In this document: one piece after another, positions 10,808-21,439 of the stretch
Layout of the letters: each line of letters begins with the position of its first letter
Position numbering within the stretch: the stretch's first letter is position 1
Made by a program: the position numbers and the translations under genes
Notes under the pieces: generated by a model
Seen by the model: the letters and a program-made list of their open reading frames with translations, nothing else
Database searches by the model: none
Told to the model about the DNA's origin: nothing
From: Bryobacterales bacterium
Lineage (GTDB): Bacteria > Acidobacteriota > Terriglobia > Bryobacterales > UBA6623
Length of the DNA: 64,000 nt
Assembly (NCBI GenBank): GCA_963422375.2
Contig: OY729428.2
Location: forward strand, 2,080,001-2,144,000
Direction of reading: 5' to 3'

Positions 10808-11641
10808 ATGACCGATGCACAGGGGACAGCTGCGATCGAGGCTGTCCATCTCAGCAAGTTTTACGGCAACTTCGCCGCCATTCACGACGTGTCGTTCCAA
10901 GTGAATCCGGGCCAGGTCGCCGCCTTCCTCGGACCCAACGGGGCGGGCAAGTCTACGACCCTGAAGATCCTAACCGGGTACCTGCGGGCGTCGCGGGGCA
11001 CGGCCCGGATCGCGGGGCTCGACATATCGACCCGCCGCATCGAGGCCGCCTCGAAGATCGGCTACCTGCCGGAGAACGGCCCGCTCTACCCGCAGATGAC
11101 GCCGCTGGAGCTGCTCCGGTTCTTCGGCGAGGCGCGGGGCCTCGCCGACGGCAGGCTGGCTTCCCGCATCGACACTGTCGTCGCGCAGTGCAACTTGCTG
11201 GGCGTGCTGGAGAAGGCCATCCACAAGCTCTCCAAGGGCTACCGGCAGCGCGTCGGGATGGCCCAGGTCCTGCTCCACGAGCCGGACATCTTGGTTATGG
11301 ACGAGCCCACCGCGGGCCTGGACCCCAACCAGATCAGGGAAGTGCGCAAGCTGATTCGCGACCTGGGCTCGTCGAAGACCGTGCTGCTCTCCACTCACAT
11401 CCTGCAGGAGGTCGAAGCTGTCGCGGACCACGTGGTCTTCATCAGCGAGGGACGCATTGCCTTCGACGGAACGCCGGAGGAGATGGCGGCCGGAGAAGGC
11501 TTGGACGCCGCGTTCAGGCGGCTGACACAGCCCGAAGGCCCGCCCGTTGCAACGGCGGAAAGTCCCGCCCCGGTGCCGGCGGCCGCGTCGCAGGACGCCG
11601 TCGCGGAGGCCGAGGGGACCGACCAAGGAGCAGTGCAGTGA
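10808..11641 (+). CDS. ABC transporter ATP-binding protein (GldA-like)
   Basis: GPNGAGKS, LSKGYRQR, DEPTAGLD. Confidence 0.92.
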   Translation: MTDAQGTAAIEAVHLSKFYGNFAAIHDVSFQVNPGQVAAFLGPNGAGKSTTLKILTGYLRASRGTARIAGLDISTRRIEAASKIGYLPENGPLYPQMTPLELLRFFGEARGLADGRLASRIDTVVAQCNLLGVLEKAIHKLSKGYRQRVGMAQVLLHEPDILVMDEPTAGLDPNQIREVRKLIRDLGSSKTVLLSTHILQEVEAVADHVVFISEGRIAFDGTPEEMAAGEGLDAAFRRLTQPEGPPVATAESPAPVPAAASQDAVAEAEGTDQGAVQ

Positions 11642-14280
11642 AGAAGCAGTGGCACGTCTCGAAGGCGGTCTTCCGGCGCGAGCTGACCTCCTACTTCAGC
11701 AGCCCCACCGGCTACGTCTTCATCTCGCTCTTCGTCTTCCTAGGGGCCGTGGCGGCCTTCTGGCAGGAGTCTTTCTTCGCCAGCAACCTAGCGACTCTCG
11801 AGCCGCTGAACGCCTACTTCCCCTACCTGCTGATCTTTCTCGTTCCGGCTCTGGCGATGACGGCCTGGGCGGAGGAGCGCCTCCACGGCACCGACGAGCT
11901 GCTCCTGACCCTCCCTGCGACTGACCTTGAAGTCGTCCTCGGAAAGTACGCGGCCTACCTGTCGATCTATTCGGTGGCCCTGGCATTCTCGCTCAGCCAC
12001 GTCGTGGTACTGCTGATCCTAGGCAGCCCGGACATCGGCCTGCTGTTCGGCACCTATCTCGGCTACTGGCTGATGGGGGCCGCGCTGGTGCCGGTGGGCA
12101 TGCTCGCCTCGCAGTTCACCTCGAACCTGACCGTGGCGTACATCACCGGGGCCCTCCTGTGCGCCGTGCCGGTCTTCACCGAGCATGCCGGAAGCGTCGT
12201 CGTCGGCCCGCTGCGGCGACTGCTCGAGAGCCTTTCCTTCGTCGAGCAGTTCCGCGACTTCGCCGACGGCGTGATCCCCCTTGCGGGGATTCTCTACTTC
12301 ACCGGATTCGCCGCCGCGATGCTGTACGTGAACGTCGCCGTACTGGGCCGGCGCCACTGGGCGACAGGCAGAGGCGCGCCCCGGCTCGGCCGCCACTTCG
12401 CCGTCCGCGGGGTCGCCGCCCTGGTGGCCGTGGCGGGGATGACCGTGCTGGTCGGGCGGCTCGGGGGCCGCGTCGACGCCACGGCCGAGCGCCTGCACTC
12501 GCTTTCCCCCGGCACCCGCGACCTCATCGACGGGCTGGATTCCGAGCGCCCGGTGTTCATCCAGGCCTACCTGAGCCCCGAGGTGCCGAGGCGCTACATC
12601 CAAACCCGCAGCAACATCATCTCGATGCTGCGCCAGTTCGACTCGCGCGGCGGGGACCGCATTCACGCCAACATCATCGATACCGAGAAGTTCACCCCAG
12701 AGTCGCGCGAGGCGCAGGACCGCTTCGACATCCGCCCGCGAGCCGTTCCGCCGGTGTACCGGACGCAGGGCAGCCCCGACGAGATCTTCCTCGGCTTGGT
12801 CTTCAGCGCGGGCAGCGAGGAGTTCGTGATTCCGTTCTTCGACCTCGGGCTGCCCGTGGAGTACGAGCTCATGCGCTCGGTGCGGGTCGTCGCGAACGCG
12901 GAGCGCCGCCGGGTCGGGATCCTGCGCACGGGGGTCAATCTCTTCGGTGGCTTCGACTTCCAGACCCGCCAGCAGTCGCGCTCTTGGTCGATCGTGTCCG
13001 AGCTTGAGAAGCAGTACCAGGTGGTCCAGGTGCCCGCCGCCGGGGACTACCCGGAGGACTTGGACGTGCTTCTCGCGGTGCTGCCGAACACCCTCCAGGC
13101 GGACGAGCTGGAGCGTTTGTCCGCATGGGTCGAGGAAGGTAATCCCACCCTGCTGGTGGTCGACCCGCTGCCGGCCTTCAACATCGAATCGTCGCCGCAG
13201 CAGCTCCCGCAGAGCCCCTTCCAGCAGGGCCAGCCCCAGCGCGCGCCCACCGACACCAAGCCTCTCATGGACGCCTTGGGAGTCGAGTGGCAGACCGACC
13301 GCATCGCGTGGGGCAAGTACAACCCGCACCCTACGTTCCGCACGCTGCCCGAGGAGGTCGTCTTCCTCGGCTCCGGCAGCGGCTACGACGGGACCTTCAA
13401 CGAGCAGGACGAGGTGACCTCCGGGCTGCAGGAGGTCGTGGTGCTCTACGGCGGGGTCCTGAAGCCTGCCGACGAAAGCGAGGCGGGCACAGACTTCACG
13501 CCCCTGCTGCGGACCGGCGCCGAGTCCGGCACTACGCTGTGGTTCCGCCTGGTCCAGCAGTCGATCTTCGGCCTGCAGCTGGCGACGAACCTGGCGCACG
13601 AGCCCGACGATGACAGCCACGTGCTGGCCGCCCGCGTCACGTCCGACGACGAGGCTGCGCCGGTGCGTGCGGTGATCATCGCCGACGCCGACATGATGGG
13701 CGAGCAGTTCTTCCAGCTGCGCCGCCAGGGCGTCGGCGACCTGAACTTCGACAACGTGACCTTCCTGCTGAACGCCGTCGACAGCCTCGCCGGCGACGAC
13801 TCCTTCATCGCGCTGCGCAAGCGCCGGCGGTTGCACCGCACGCTGGAAACGGTGGAGGCCCGCACCCGCAGCTACGAGGAGGGCCGCCTCGAGGAGACCC
13901 GTCGCGCCGAGCAGGAAGCCGAGGAGAAGCTGGCCGCGGCGCAGGCGCGTCTGGACGAGGCCGTGCAGGCCCTGCAGGCGCGCGCGGACCTCGACGCGCA
14001 AACCAAGCGCATCATGATCTCCAACCAGGAGCGCATCGAGAACCGGCGCCTTTCGGTGGCGCGGAGCAACATCGAGGACGAGAAGGAGCGCTTGATCGAG
14101 GCGGCCCGCGGCGACATGGAGGCCGCGGTGCGCGCCATCCAGAACACGATCAAGCTGCTGGCGGTCGCCCTGTCGCCCGTGCCGGCTTTCCTGCTGTTCC
14201 TTTTCGTGTCCGTGAAGCGGCGCCAGCGCGAGCAGATTGGCGTGGCGCGAAACCGGCTTGTGGAGGCTGCCGAGGGATGA
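11638..14280 (+). CDS. ABC-2 permease fused to a GldG-like auxiliary domain, with C-terminal coiled coil
   Basis: GTG overlaps the upstream TGA; FRRELTSYFSSPTGY, EERLHGTDELLLTLP, DATAERLHSLS, FLLNAVDSL; final TM helix. Confidence 0.88.
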   Translation: MKKQWHVSKAVFRRELTSYFSSPTGYVFISLFVFLGAVAAFWQESFFASNLATLEPLNAYFPYLLIFLVPALAMTAWAEERLHGTDELLLTLPATDLEVVLGKYAAYLSIYSVALAFSLSHVVVLLILGSPDIGLLFGTYLGYWLMGAALVPVGMLASQFTSNLTVAYITGALLCAVPVFTEHAGSVVVGPLRRLLESLSFVEQFRDFADGVIPLAGILYFTGFAAAMLYVNVAVLGRRHWATGRGAPRLGRHFAVRGVAALVAVAGMTVLVGRLGGRVDATAERLHSLSPGTRDLIDGLDSERPVFIQAYLSPEVPRRYIQTRSNIISMLRQFDSRGGDRIHANIIDTEKFTPESREAQDRFDIRPRAVPPVYRTQGSPDEIFLGLVFSAGSEEFVIPFFDLGLPVEYELMRSVRVVANAERRRVGILRTGVNLFGGFDFQTRQQSRSWSIVSELEKQYQVVQVPAAGDYPEDLDVLLAVLPNTLQADELERLSAWVEEGNPTLLVVDPLPAFNIESSPQQLPQSPFQQGQPQRAPTDTKPLMDALGVEWQTDRIAWGKYNPHPTFRTLPEEVVFLGSGSGYDGTFNEQDEVTSGLQEVVVLYGGVLKPADESEAGTDFTPLLRTGAESGTTLWFRLVQQSIFGLQLATNLAHEPDDDSHVLAARVTSDDEAAPVRAVIIADADMMGEQFFQLRRQGVGDLNFDNVTFLLNAVDSLAGDDSFIALRKRRRLHRTLETVEARTRSYEEGRLEETRRAEQEAEEKLAAAQARLDEAVQALQARADLDAQTKRIMISNQERIENRRLSVARSNIEDEKERLIEAARGDMEAAVRAIQNTIKLLAVALSPVPAFLLFLFVSVKRRQREQIGVARNRLVEAAEG

Positions 14281-15506
14281 ACGAGACGACCAGAACGCTA
14301 TATTTCGTGGCGGCAGCCGCGGCGGCGGCGGCGGCCGCCCTGACGATTGACCCGAGCCGGTCGACGCCCGACATCTTCGACGACGTCGGCGAGGTCTTCT
14401 TCGCCGAGTTCACCGACCCGCAGGCCCCGCGGTCGATCGAGGTGATCGACTACGACGAGTCCACGGCGACCGCCACCCCGCTCAAGGTGGAGTTCCGCGA
14501 CAACAGGTGGGTCATCCCGTCGCACCACGGCTACCCTGCCGATGCCGAGGAGCGCCTGGCGAAGACCGCCGCCGCCCTGATCGAGCTGCGCAAGGACCGC
14601 GTCGTGTCGGACCTGGCCCTGGACCACGCGGACTACGCGGTCGTCGATCCGCTGGACGCCGAAGCGACCTCGCTGGCCGGGCGCGGCAAGCGCGTGCGGA
14701 TTCTCGACGGCGACGGGGGCGCGCTGGCCGATTTCATCGTGGGCGCCGAGGTCGAGGGCAAGTTCGGCTACCGCTACCTGCGCGTGCCGGGGCAGAAGCG
14801 GACTTACGAGGTCAAGACCGAGGCGGACGTCTCGGCACGCTTCCAGGACTGGATCGAGACCGACCTGCTGAAGGTCTCGCCGTTCGACCTGCGCCGGATC
14901 GAGATCGACCGATACACCATCAACGAGCGCCTAGGGCGCATCGAGAATCGCCAGAAGACGACGCTGGCCAAGAAGGACGACAAGTGGCAGTTCGGCGGGC
15001 GCGAGCCGAACTCGGACGCGATGAGCGACCTGACCACGTCGCTGGACCAGCTGCGTATCGTGGACGTGCAGCCGAAGCCGCAGGGCCTGAGCGAGGACCT
15101 CAAGGCGCGGGACGGCATCCAGCCGACCATGGAGAACTTCCGCTCCCTGCAGGGCAAGGGCTTCTTTCCCAACCCCTACACCGGACAGATTCTCTCGAAC
15201 GAGGGCGAGATCCTAGCGGACTCCAAGGACGGGCTGCGCTACGTGCTGCGGTTCGGCGAGATCGCGCCGGGCGCCTCGGGCCGCGAGGCGGGCGGCGAGG
15301 AGGGCGAGTCCGAAGGCGAGCGGCGCTATCTCATGATCAGCGTCGACTTCAGCGAGGCCCGGGCCGAGAGCTACGAAGGCGACGCCGACAAGGGCAGGGA
15401 ACTGGCCGACGAGCTGCGGGCGAGGTTCGCCGAGTGGTACTACGTGATCTCCGGGGCCGACTTCGCCAAGCTGCGGCCCAGCCGCTCCGCCTTGGCTAAG
15501 AGCTGA
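14277..15506 (+). CDS. DUF4340-like membrane-anchored protein
   Basis: ATGA overlap; N-terminal anchor; HHGYPAD; usual third gene of GldA/FG-type operons. Confidence 0.75.
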   Translation: MNETTRTLYFVAAAAAAAAAALTIDPSRSTPDIFDDVGEVFFAEFTDPQAPRSIEVIDYDESTATATPLKVEFRDNRWVIPSHHGYPADAEERLAKTAAALIELRKDRVVSDLALDHADYAVVDPLDAEATSLAGRGKRVRILDGDGGALADFIVGAEVEGKFGYRYLRVPGQKRTYEVKTEADVSARFQDWIETDLLKVSPFDLRRIEIDRYTINERLGRIENRQKTTLAKKDDKWQFGGREPNSDAMSDLTTSLDQLRIVDVQPKPQGLSEDLKARDGIQPTMENFRSLQGKGFFPNPYTGQILSNEGEILADSKDGLRYVLRFGEIAPGASGREAGGEEGESEGERRYLMISVDFSEARAESYEGDADKGRELADELRARFAEWYYVISGADFAKLRPSRSALAKS

Positions 15507-15521
15507 CCCGACTCTCGCGGG

Positions 15522-16349
15522 TCAGAGTGCCGCCCCGCAGCCGGCGCAGTAGGAGGCGTCGGCGGCGTGCTTGGTGCGCCTGCAGTGCCCGCAGGCGCGC
15601 TCCGGGGCGCGCTCTCGGTCGGCGCGCGAGAGCTCGACCGACACGATGCCGGTCGGCACCGCGATGATCGCGTACCCGAGGATCATCAGCGCCAAGGCGA
15701 TGAACTGCCCCAGCGGCGTGCGCGGCGCGATATCCCCGTAGCCCACCGTCGTCATCGTGACGACCGCCCAGTAGATGCCGGTCGGGATGCTGGTGAACCC
15801 CGCCGCGTCGCCTTCGATGAGGTACATCACCGTGCCGAAGACGACGGCGACGCTCGTGACCGCGGTCAGAAATACCACGATCTTGGGGCGGCTGGCGTTG
15901 AGGGCGGCTGCCAGCGCTCGGACCTCCCACATATGGCGGGCGAGCTTGAGCACGCGGAAGACGCGCAGCAGCCGGATTTGCCGGACGACGGCGAGCGACT
16001 GCGAGCCGGCGAACAACGCGCTCAGGTAGGCGGGCAAGATCGCGAGCAGATCGATGATGCCGAAGAAGCTGAGGGCGTACGAGCGAGGATGCCTCACGGT
16101 CCAGAGGCGCAGCCCGTATTCGACCGTGAACAGGACGGTGAACGCCCACTCGGCGATCCGCAATGCCGTGCCGTGGGCTGCGTTGATGGCCGGGACGCTT
16201 TCCAGCAGCACGGTGACGATGCTGAGAAGAATCACCGCCAGCAGGGCGACGTCGAATCCCTTGGCGGCGCGAGTATGGACGCCGAAGATGATGAGGTGCA
16301 GGCGGGCGCGCAAGCCTCCCCGCGGCGGCCGGTCGAGGAGCGGATCCAT
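15522..16349 (-). CDS. Voltage-gated potassium channel-like ion transporter
   Basis: TTVGYGD filter; S4-like RQIRLLRVFRVLKLAR; C-terminal CxxC..CxxC. Confidence 0.92.
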   Translation of the reverse strand: MDPLLDRPPRGGLRARLHLIIFGVHTRAAKGFDVALLAVILLSIVTVLLESVPAINAAHGTALRIAEWAFTVLFTVEYGLRLWTVRHPRSYALSFFGIIDLLAILPAYLSALFAGSQSLAVVRQIRLLRVFRVLKLARHMWEVRALAAALNASRPKIVVFLTAVTSVAVVFGTVMYLIEGDAAGFTSIPTGIYWAVVTMTTVGYGDIAPRTPLGQFIALALMILGYAIIAVPTGIVSVELSRADRERAPERACGHCRRTKHAADASYCAGCGAAL

Positions 16350-16456
16350 CCTGCTCAGTTTAGGCTGACAGATCCCGACCCGAGGCCCTAACCGTGCCTC
16401 CGCGCCTCGGTGCGGCACCGCCCGCGGGTCGCGCGGATCTGAGAGAATCCTATCGT

Positions 16457-18067
16457 ATGGGGAAGGATATCTTGCTGGTCGCTAACGGTGACCTGAGGCT
16501 CTCAGCCAATCGCATGTGCTGGCCGGCCCAGCGCGAGATGGAGTCGCAGCTGGTCGCGGCGATCGAGGCGACGGGCAGGAAGCCTCGGCGGGCGCACGAG
16601 TACGACGCCGCCAAGCAGCACGGCTTCATCGACAGCCAGAAGCGCGGGCTCGAGGTATTCCGGTCCATCGACCGGAAAGCGCCGCTGGTGGTCGCCGAGG
16701 CCGTCTGGCAGTACTCCCAGCATATTCTCGCCGGGCTGATGAGCCACGAAGGCCCGATCCTGACCGTCGCGAACTGGAGCGGGCGGTGGCCCGGTCTGGT
16801 GGGGATGCTGAATCTCAACGGCAGCCTGACAAAGGCTGGGGTGGAGTACTCCACGCTGTGGAGCGGGGACTTTACCGACGACTTCTTCCTGTCCAACCTG
16901 CGGCGCTGGCTCGACGGCAGGCCGGTGCGGCACCCGCAATCCCACGTGCATCCGGCGGAGGACCTGATCCTCCCGCACAAGGCCATGCTGCTGGGCAACG
17001 GCGCCGCCGAAGAGCTGCTCGAGAAGAAGGCCATCCTAGGAGTCTTCGACGAGGGCTGCATGGGCATGTTCAACGCCATCATCCCGGACCACTTGCTCAA
17101 CGCCACGGGAGTCTTCAAGGAGCGCCTCAGCCAGTCGGCCCTATGGGCAGCCATGCAGCGGGTGAGCGACGCGGAAGCACAGGGAGTGCGCGATTGGCTC
17201 GACGCAAAGGGGATGCAGTTCCGGACCGGCCCCGACGCGGCCACGGACTTGACCGATACGCAGATTCTGCTGCAGTGCCGGATGTACGTCGCCGCCCTGC
17301 GGATCGCCGACGAGTTCGGCTGCGACGCGATCGGCATCCAGTACCAGCAGGGCCTGAAGGACATCTGCCCGGCCTCCGACCTAGTCGAGGGCCTGCTGAA
17401 CAACGTGGACCGGCCCCCTGCTAGGAGCGCGGACGGCCGCGTCCTGTTCGGGGGACGGGCCATGCCGCACTTCAACGAGGTGGACGAGTGCGCCGGTCTG
17501 GACGCTCTCGTCACCAATCGGGTCTGGACGCAACTCGGATTCGATCCCGAGACGACGCTGCACGACCTTCGCTACGGGGAGCCGTACGAGGTAGGGGGCA
17601 GGGAGGAATTCGTCTGGGTGTTCGAAATCTCGGGCTCCGTGCCGCCAAAGCACCTAGCCGGCGGCTACCAAGGCGCGATCAGCGAGCGCCAGCCGCCGAT
17701 GTACTTCCCGCTCGGGGGCGGCACCATCAAAGGGATCAGCAAGCCGGGCGAAGTTGTCTGGAGCCGCATCTTCATCGAGGAGAATCGCCTGAGGGCCGAT
17801 CTGGGCCTAGCCGAGGTCGTCGATCTGCCGCCCCAGGAGACCGAGCGCCGCTGGCGGATCACCACCCCCCAGTGGCCGATCATGCATGCCGTGACCCGCG
17901 GCGTCAGCCGGGACCGGATGATGGGCCGCCACAAGTCCAATCACATCCAAGTGGCGTACGCACCGGACTTGGCCGGGGCGAGGCGGGCACTGAGCGCCAA
18001 GATCGCGGCGTTCCGGCGTCTCGGGATCGAGGTGTTCGTATGCGGCACGGGTCACGATTTGATCTGA
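16457..18067 (+). CDS. L-fucose/L-arabinose isomerase-like protein
   Basis: [40 protein letters not shown]. Confidence 0.78.
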   Translation: MGKDILLVANGDLRLSANRMCWPAQREMESQLVAAIEATGRKPRRAHEYDAAKQHGFIDSQKRGLEVFRSIDRKAPLVVAEAVWQYSQHILAGLMSHEGPILTVANWSGRWPGLVGMLNLNGSLTKAGVEYSTLWSGDFTDDFFLSNLRRWLDGRPVRHPQSHVHPAEDLILPHKAMLLGNGAAEELLEKKAILGVFDEGCMGMFNAIIPDHLLNATGVFKERLSQSALWAAMQRVSDAEAQGVRDWLDAKGMQFRTGPDAATDLTDTQILLQCRMYVAALRIADEFGCDAIGIQYQQGLKDICPASDLVEGLLNNVDRPPARSADGRVLFGGRAMPHFNEVDECAGLDALVTNRVWTQLGFDPETTLHDLRYGEPYEVGGREEFVWVFEISGSVPPKHLAGGYQGAISERQPPMYFPLGGGTIKGISKPGEVVWSRIFIEENRLRADLGLAEVVDLPPQETERRWRITTPQWPIMHAVTRGVSRDRMMGRHKSNHIQVAYAPDLAGARRALSAKIAAFRRLGIEVFVCGTGHDLI

Positions 18068-18166
18068 CGCAGCGACGGCCGGACCCGGCCGTCGCCCGGA
18101 ATCCCGGGGCGGCTACAATGACCGGGCCGGACGACTCGAGGCGGCCTGCCTGACTCCCGCGAGACC

Positions 18167-20185
18167 ATGAGGATCGGCACGAAGGTCCTGCTGGCGGCGC
18201 TTGCCGTCCGCGTGCTTGCCGGTTCGGCGTCCTTGGAGTCGGCCGTCGCCGAGAAGCGGGTCGCTGTGTGGGTCCTGTCGAACGGAGGCACGGTCTCCCT
18301 CCACGGCGCCCACGGATCCCTCCGCTCCGCGGCCGACTTGCCGACGGAGCCGTTCCGGATCCGGGAAGTCGTCCTGACCGGCACCCTGGTGCATCCGCGC
18401 GACCTCGAGCGTCTCGGCGCGCTGTCGAGCCTGAAGAGCCTCGCGCTGCCCGGTACGATGTGGAACCCGGTCTGCTGCGGGAAGCTCGGCAGCGTCGACG
18501 ACAGCCGCCTGCTTGCCAGCCTCGCGGGACTCGAGTCGCTCGAGTCGCTGCATCTCAGCCACCACTTTCTGAGCGTTTTCAAGGGCATTCGGATCTTCGA
18601 CCACGGCATCGAGACGCTCAAGCCGCTGAAGCGCCTGCGGTCGCTCCAGCTCAAGTCGACCCGCGCGACGGGGGCGCATCTGGACGCTTTCGAGCGGCTC
18701 GAGCGGCTGGACCTGACGCAGACCGACGTCAGCGACGAGGGCCTTGCTCGGATCGCGACGCTGTCGCGCCTGAAGACGCTGCGGCTGCGCAGCACCTACG
18801 TGACCGACGCCGGGCTGGCGTCGCTGGCCGCCCTGCGGGACTTGGAGGAGCTCGACTTGGCCGACTTGGAACTGACGGACGCCGGCCTAGCGCACCTGGC
18901 CGGTCTCGAGTGTCTGCGGGTGCTCAGCCTGCGCGGCTCGGCGATCACCGACGGGGGAATCGGCCATCTGGCCTCGATGAGCCGCTTGGCCGACCTAGAC
19001 CTGTACCGGACGCGCGTTACCAACGCCGGCATCGCCCGCCTCACCGCACTTCGGGGCCTCCGGAGGGTCGACCTCCGCTACAGCCGGGTCACGGCCACCG
19101 GCGTAAGGGAGTTGAGCGCAGCCCGCCCGGAGATGGCCGTGGCGTTCGTCGACCCCCAGCCCGCGGCGCCTGCCTCCCGCGTCCCGGAGCCGCCGTCGAC
19201 GGACGCTGCGGCACTTTCGAAGTGGGCACTCCAAGTCGGCGGACAGGCGACGATGCGGGCCGACGGGACTATTGCGTTGACTCTGTCCGGATCGGCGGTC
19301 GGGGACAGGGAGGTGGCTGCGCTGGCGCGTTTCGACGGGATCTCGCAGCTGGACCTCTCGGCCACGGGGGTCAGCGACCGCGGCCTGCGAGCGCTCGCGG
19401 CGCTGCCCGCCCTAAGGATTCTCGGCCTTGCCAACACGCAGGTGACGGACGCCGGCCTGGCGTGGGTCGGGCGGATCGCATCGCTGCAGGACCTCGATCT
19501 CGGCCACACATTGGTCGAGGGCCCCGGGCTCGCTGGCATCGGTCGGCTGGCCGGGCTTCGCAGGCTCTCCCTCGCGGGGATCGCCGCCGGTGACGACGCC
19601 TTGGCCTACGTCGCGGCATTGCGGGGAATCGAAGTGCTGGACCTTGACTACGCGCCGATCGGGGACGGTGCCGCAGCGCATCTAGCCGACCTTTCGGAGC
19701 TGCGAGAGCTCGGCCTTACCGGCACGCGAGTGGGAGACGAGGGGCTCGCAGCCCTCTCGCCCCTAGGCGAGCTGCGCCGACTGTCCATCGCGTTCACGAA
19801 CGTGACGGACGGCGGCTCGGAGCATCTGTCCCGGTTCGAGAAGCTGGCGGATCTGGATCTCGGCAACACTCGCGTGACGGACGATGGCATGGACGCGCTG
19901 CGGTCTCTTGTAGGCCTGCAGAGGCTCAACCTCGACTACACCAAGGTGTCCGGGGCCGGGCTCGCGGCCCTCGCGTCCAGCACGCGGCTGCGTGAACTGA
20001 GCTTGGACAACACCGACGTGGACGACGATGCGCTGGCCGTGTTGCGGCAGTTCCGCGGCCTGTCCAAGCTGAATCTCTATCACACCCTCGTCACCGGCCC
20101 GGCGGTCGAGGCCCTGCGGTCGGACCTGCCCGAATGCGTGATCGCTTGGGACCGGGATTCCGCGCAGCCCACCCGGCGCAGGTAG
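18167..20185 (+). CDS. Secreted leucine-rich-repeat protein with two capped solenoids
   Basis: Signal peptide; many ~24-aa LxxLxLxxTxVTDxGLxxL repeats. Confidence 0.9.
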   Translation: MRIGTKVLLAALAVRVLAGSASLESAVAEKRVAVWVLSNGGTVSLHGAHGSLRSAADLPTEPFRIREVVLTGTLVHPRDLERLGALSSLKSLALPGTMWNPVCCGKLGSVDDSRLLASLAGLESLESLHLSHHFLSVFKGIRIFDHGIETLKPLKRLRSLQLKSTRATGAHLDAFERLERLDLTQTDVSDEGLARIATLSRLKTLRLRSTYVTDAGLASLAALRDLEELDLADLELTDAGLAHLAGLECLRVLSLRGSAITDGGIGHLASMSRLADLDLYRTRVTNAGIARLTALRGLRRVDLRYSRVTATGVRELSAARPEMAVAFVDPQPAAPASRVPEPPSTDAAALSKWALQVGGQATMRADGTIALTLSGSAVGDREVAALARFDGISQLDLSATGVSDRGLRALAALPALRILGLANTQVTDAGLAWVGRIASLQDLDLGHTLVEGPGLAGIGRLAGLRRLSLAGIAAGDDALAYVAALRGIEVLDLDYAPIGDGAAAHLADLSELRELGLTGTRVGDEGLAALSPLGELRRLSIAFTNVTDGGSEHLSRFEKLADLDLGNTRVTDDGMDALRSLVGLQRLNLDYTKVSGAGLAALASSTRLRELSLDNTDVDDDALAVLRQFRGLSKLNLYHTLVTGPAVEALRSDLPECVIAWDRDSAQPTRRR

Positions 20186-20186
20186 A

Positions 20187-21307
20187 ATGCCGTTTCGCGC
20201 TACCGCCCGGCCGCTGGCCGTCGCGGCCTGCGCCGCGGCCGCTCTCGGCGGCGCGGTCGCCGGGCCGACCGACGTAGAGCAGTGGGTTCTGGAGGCAGGC
20301 GGGGCGGTCGAGACGGCGTCGGACGGCCAGGTGGTCGCCGTGGACCTGAGCCGGTGCTGGGTCAGCGACATCGACCTCGCGCGCCTCGAGGGCCTGGCAG
20401 GGCTCGAACGGCTCTCCCTGGCGCAGACCCACATCTCGGACACCGCACTGGACGCGGTGGCGGCCCTGCCGTCCCTGCGGCAACTCGACCTGTTCTTTTG
20501 CGAGCACGTCACCGACGCCGGCGCGTCGGCGCTGCGGAGGGCCGCCAAGTTGGAGCGACTCAACGTCCGCGGCACGAAGATCAGCGATTCGGGCGTTAAG
20601 TTCCTCGCCGAGCTGCGCGCTTGCGCGCCTTGGACATCGGGATCGCGGAAATCAGCGACCCCTCGATCGAACTGCTGGAAGCCGTGCCCGGCCTCGAATC
20701 ATTGGCGATCGGCGGCAACCGCGTCGGGGAGGCCGGGATCGCCGGCCTGCGGTCCCTCAAGCGGCTGAAGCATTTGGACCTGAGCGGGGCGCAGGAAACC
20801 GACAGCGGAATCTGGGCCGTCACCGTCACGGATCTCAGCATGGACGAAATCGGCGCGCTGACCGGGCTCGAAAGCCTAAACCTAGCCGCGCCCAGCCCGG
20901 AGTACGTCGACGCCGTGAGCACAGGCGTGCCGCGCCTGCGGGGCGCGATCCGGGTCACCGACTTCGGCGTAGCGCGCCTCGCGGGTCTCCTGCGCCTGCG
21001 TCGGCTCAATCTTTCGCGCGCGCTCGTGACGGATGCTGGAATCGAGAGTCTCAGCCGCCTCTTCAGGCTCGAGGAGCTCAACCTCTCGCACGCGAAGTCG
21101 ATCGACGATCGAGCAGGCCCGGCGCTCGCGATGCTGCCGGGCCTGCGCACGCTTGACGTCTCCTTCACCGAGTTCGGGGATGCCGGGCTAGCCGCTCTGC
21201 GAGACCATCCGGCACTCATACGAGTTGTCGCGGCGGAAGCCCCGCTCAGCCAAGAGGCGGTCGCGACATTCGTGGCCGCCCGTCCGGGCCGCGACGTCGT
21301 GCGCTAG
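20187..21307 (+). pseudogene. Secreted LRR protein with a -1 frameshift near 20620 (real or sequencing error)
   Basis: ORFs 20187-20768 and 20621-21307 join in repeat register if one base is added at GAG CTG CGC GC_ TTG CGC. Confidence 0.8.
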
Positions 21308-21439
21308 AACGGGCCCGGCCGAGGCTGCCGGCAGGAATGTCGACTGCCCGCACGGGAGCGACCGCAGGGTCCGGGAGACGCACCCGATACGCGACGTTGA
21401 GATTTCGGCTGGCGCTGGCCTTGCCCCCGCTCCCAGGAG

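Noticed and set aside
12019..14001. 660-aa antisense ORF and the many other long R/A/G/P-rich overlapping ORFs
   Set aside because: Shadow frames of high-GC genes with no motifs; the opposite frame has a clear family.
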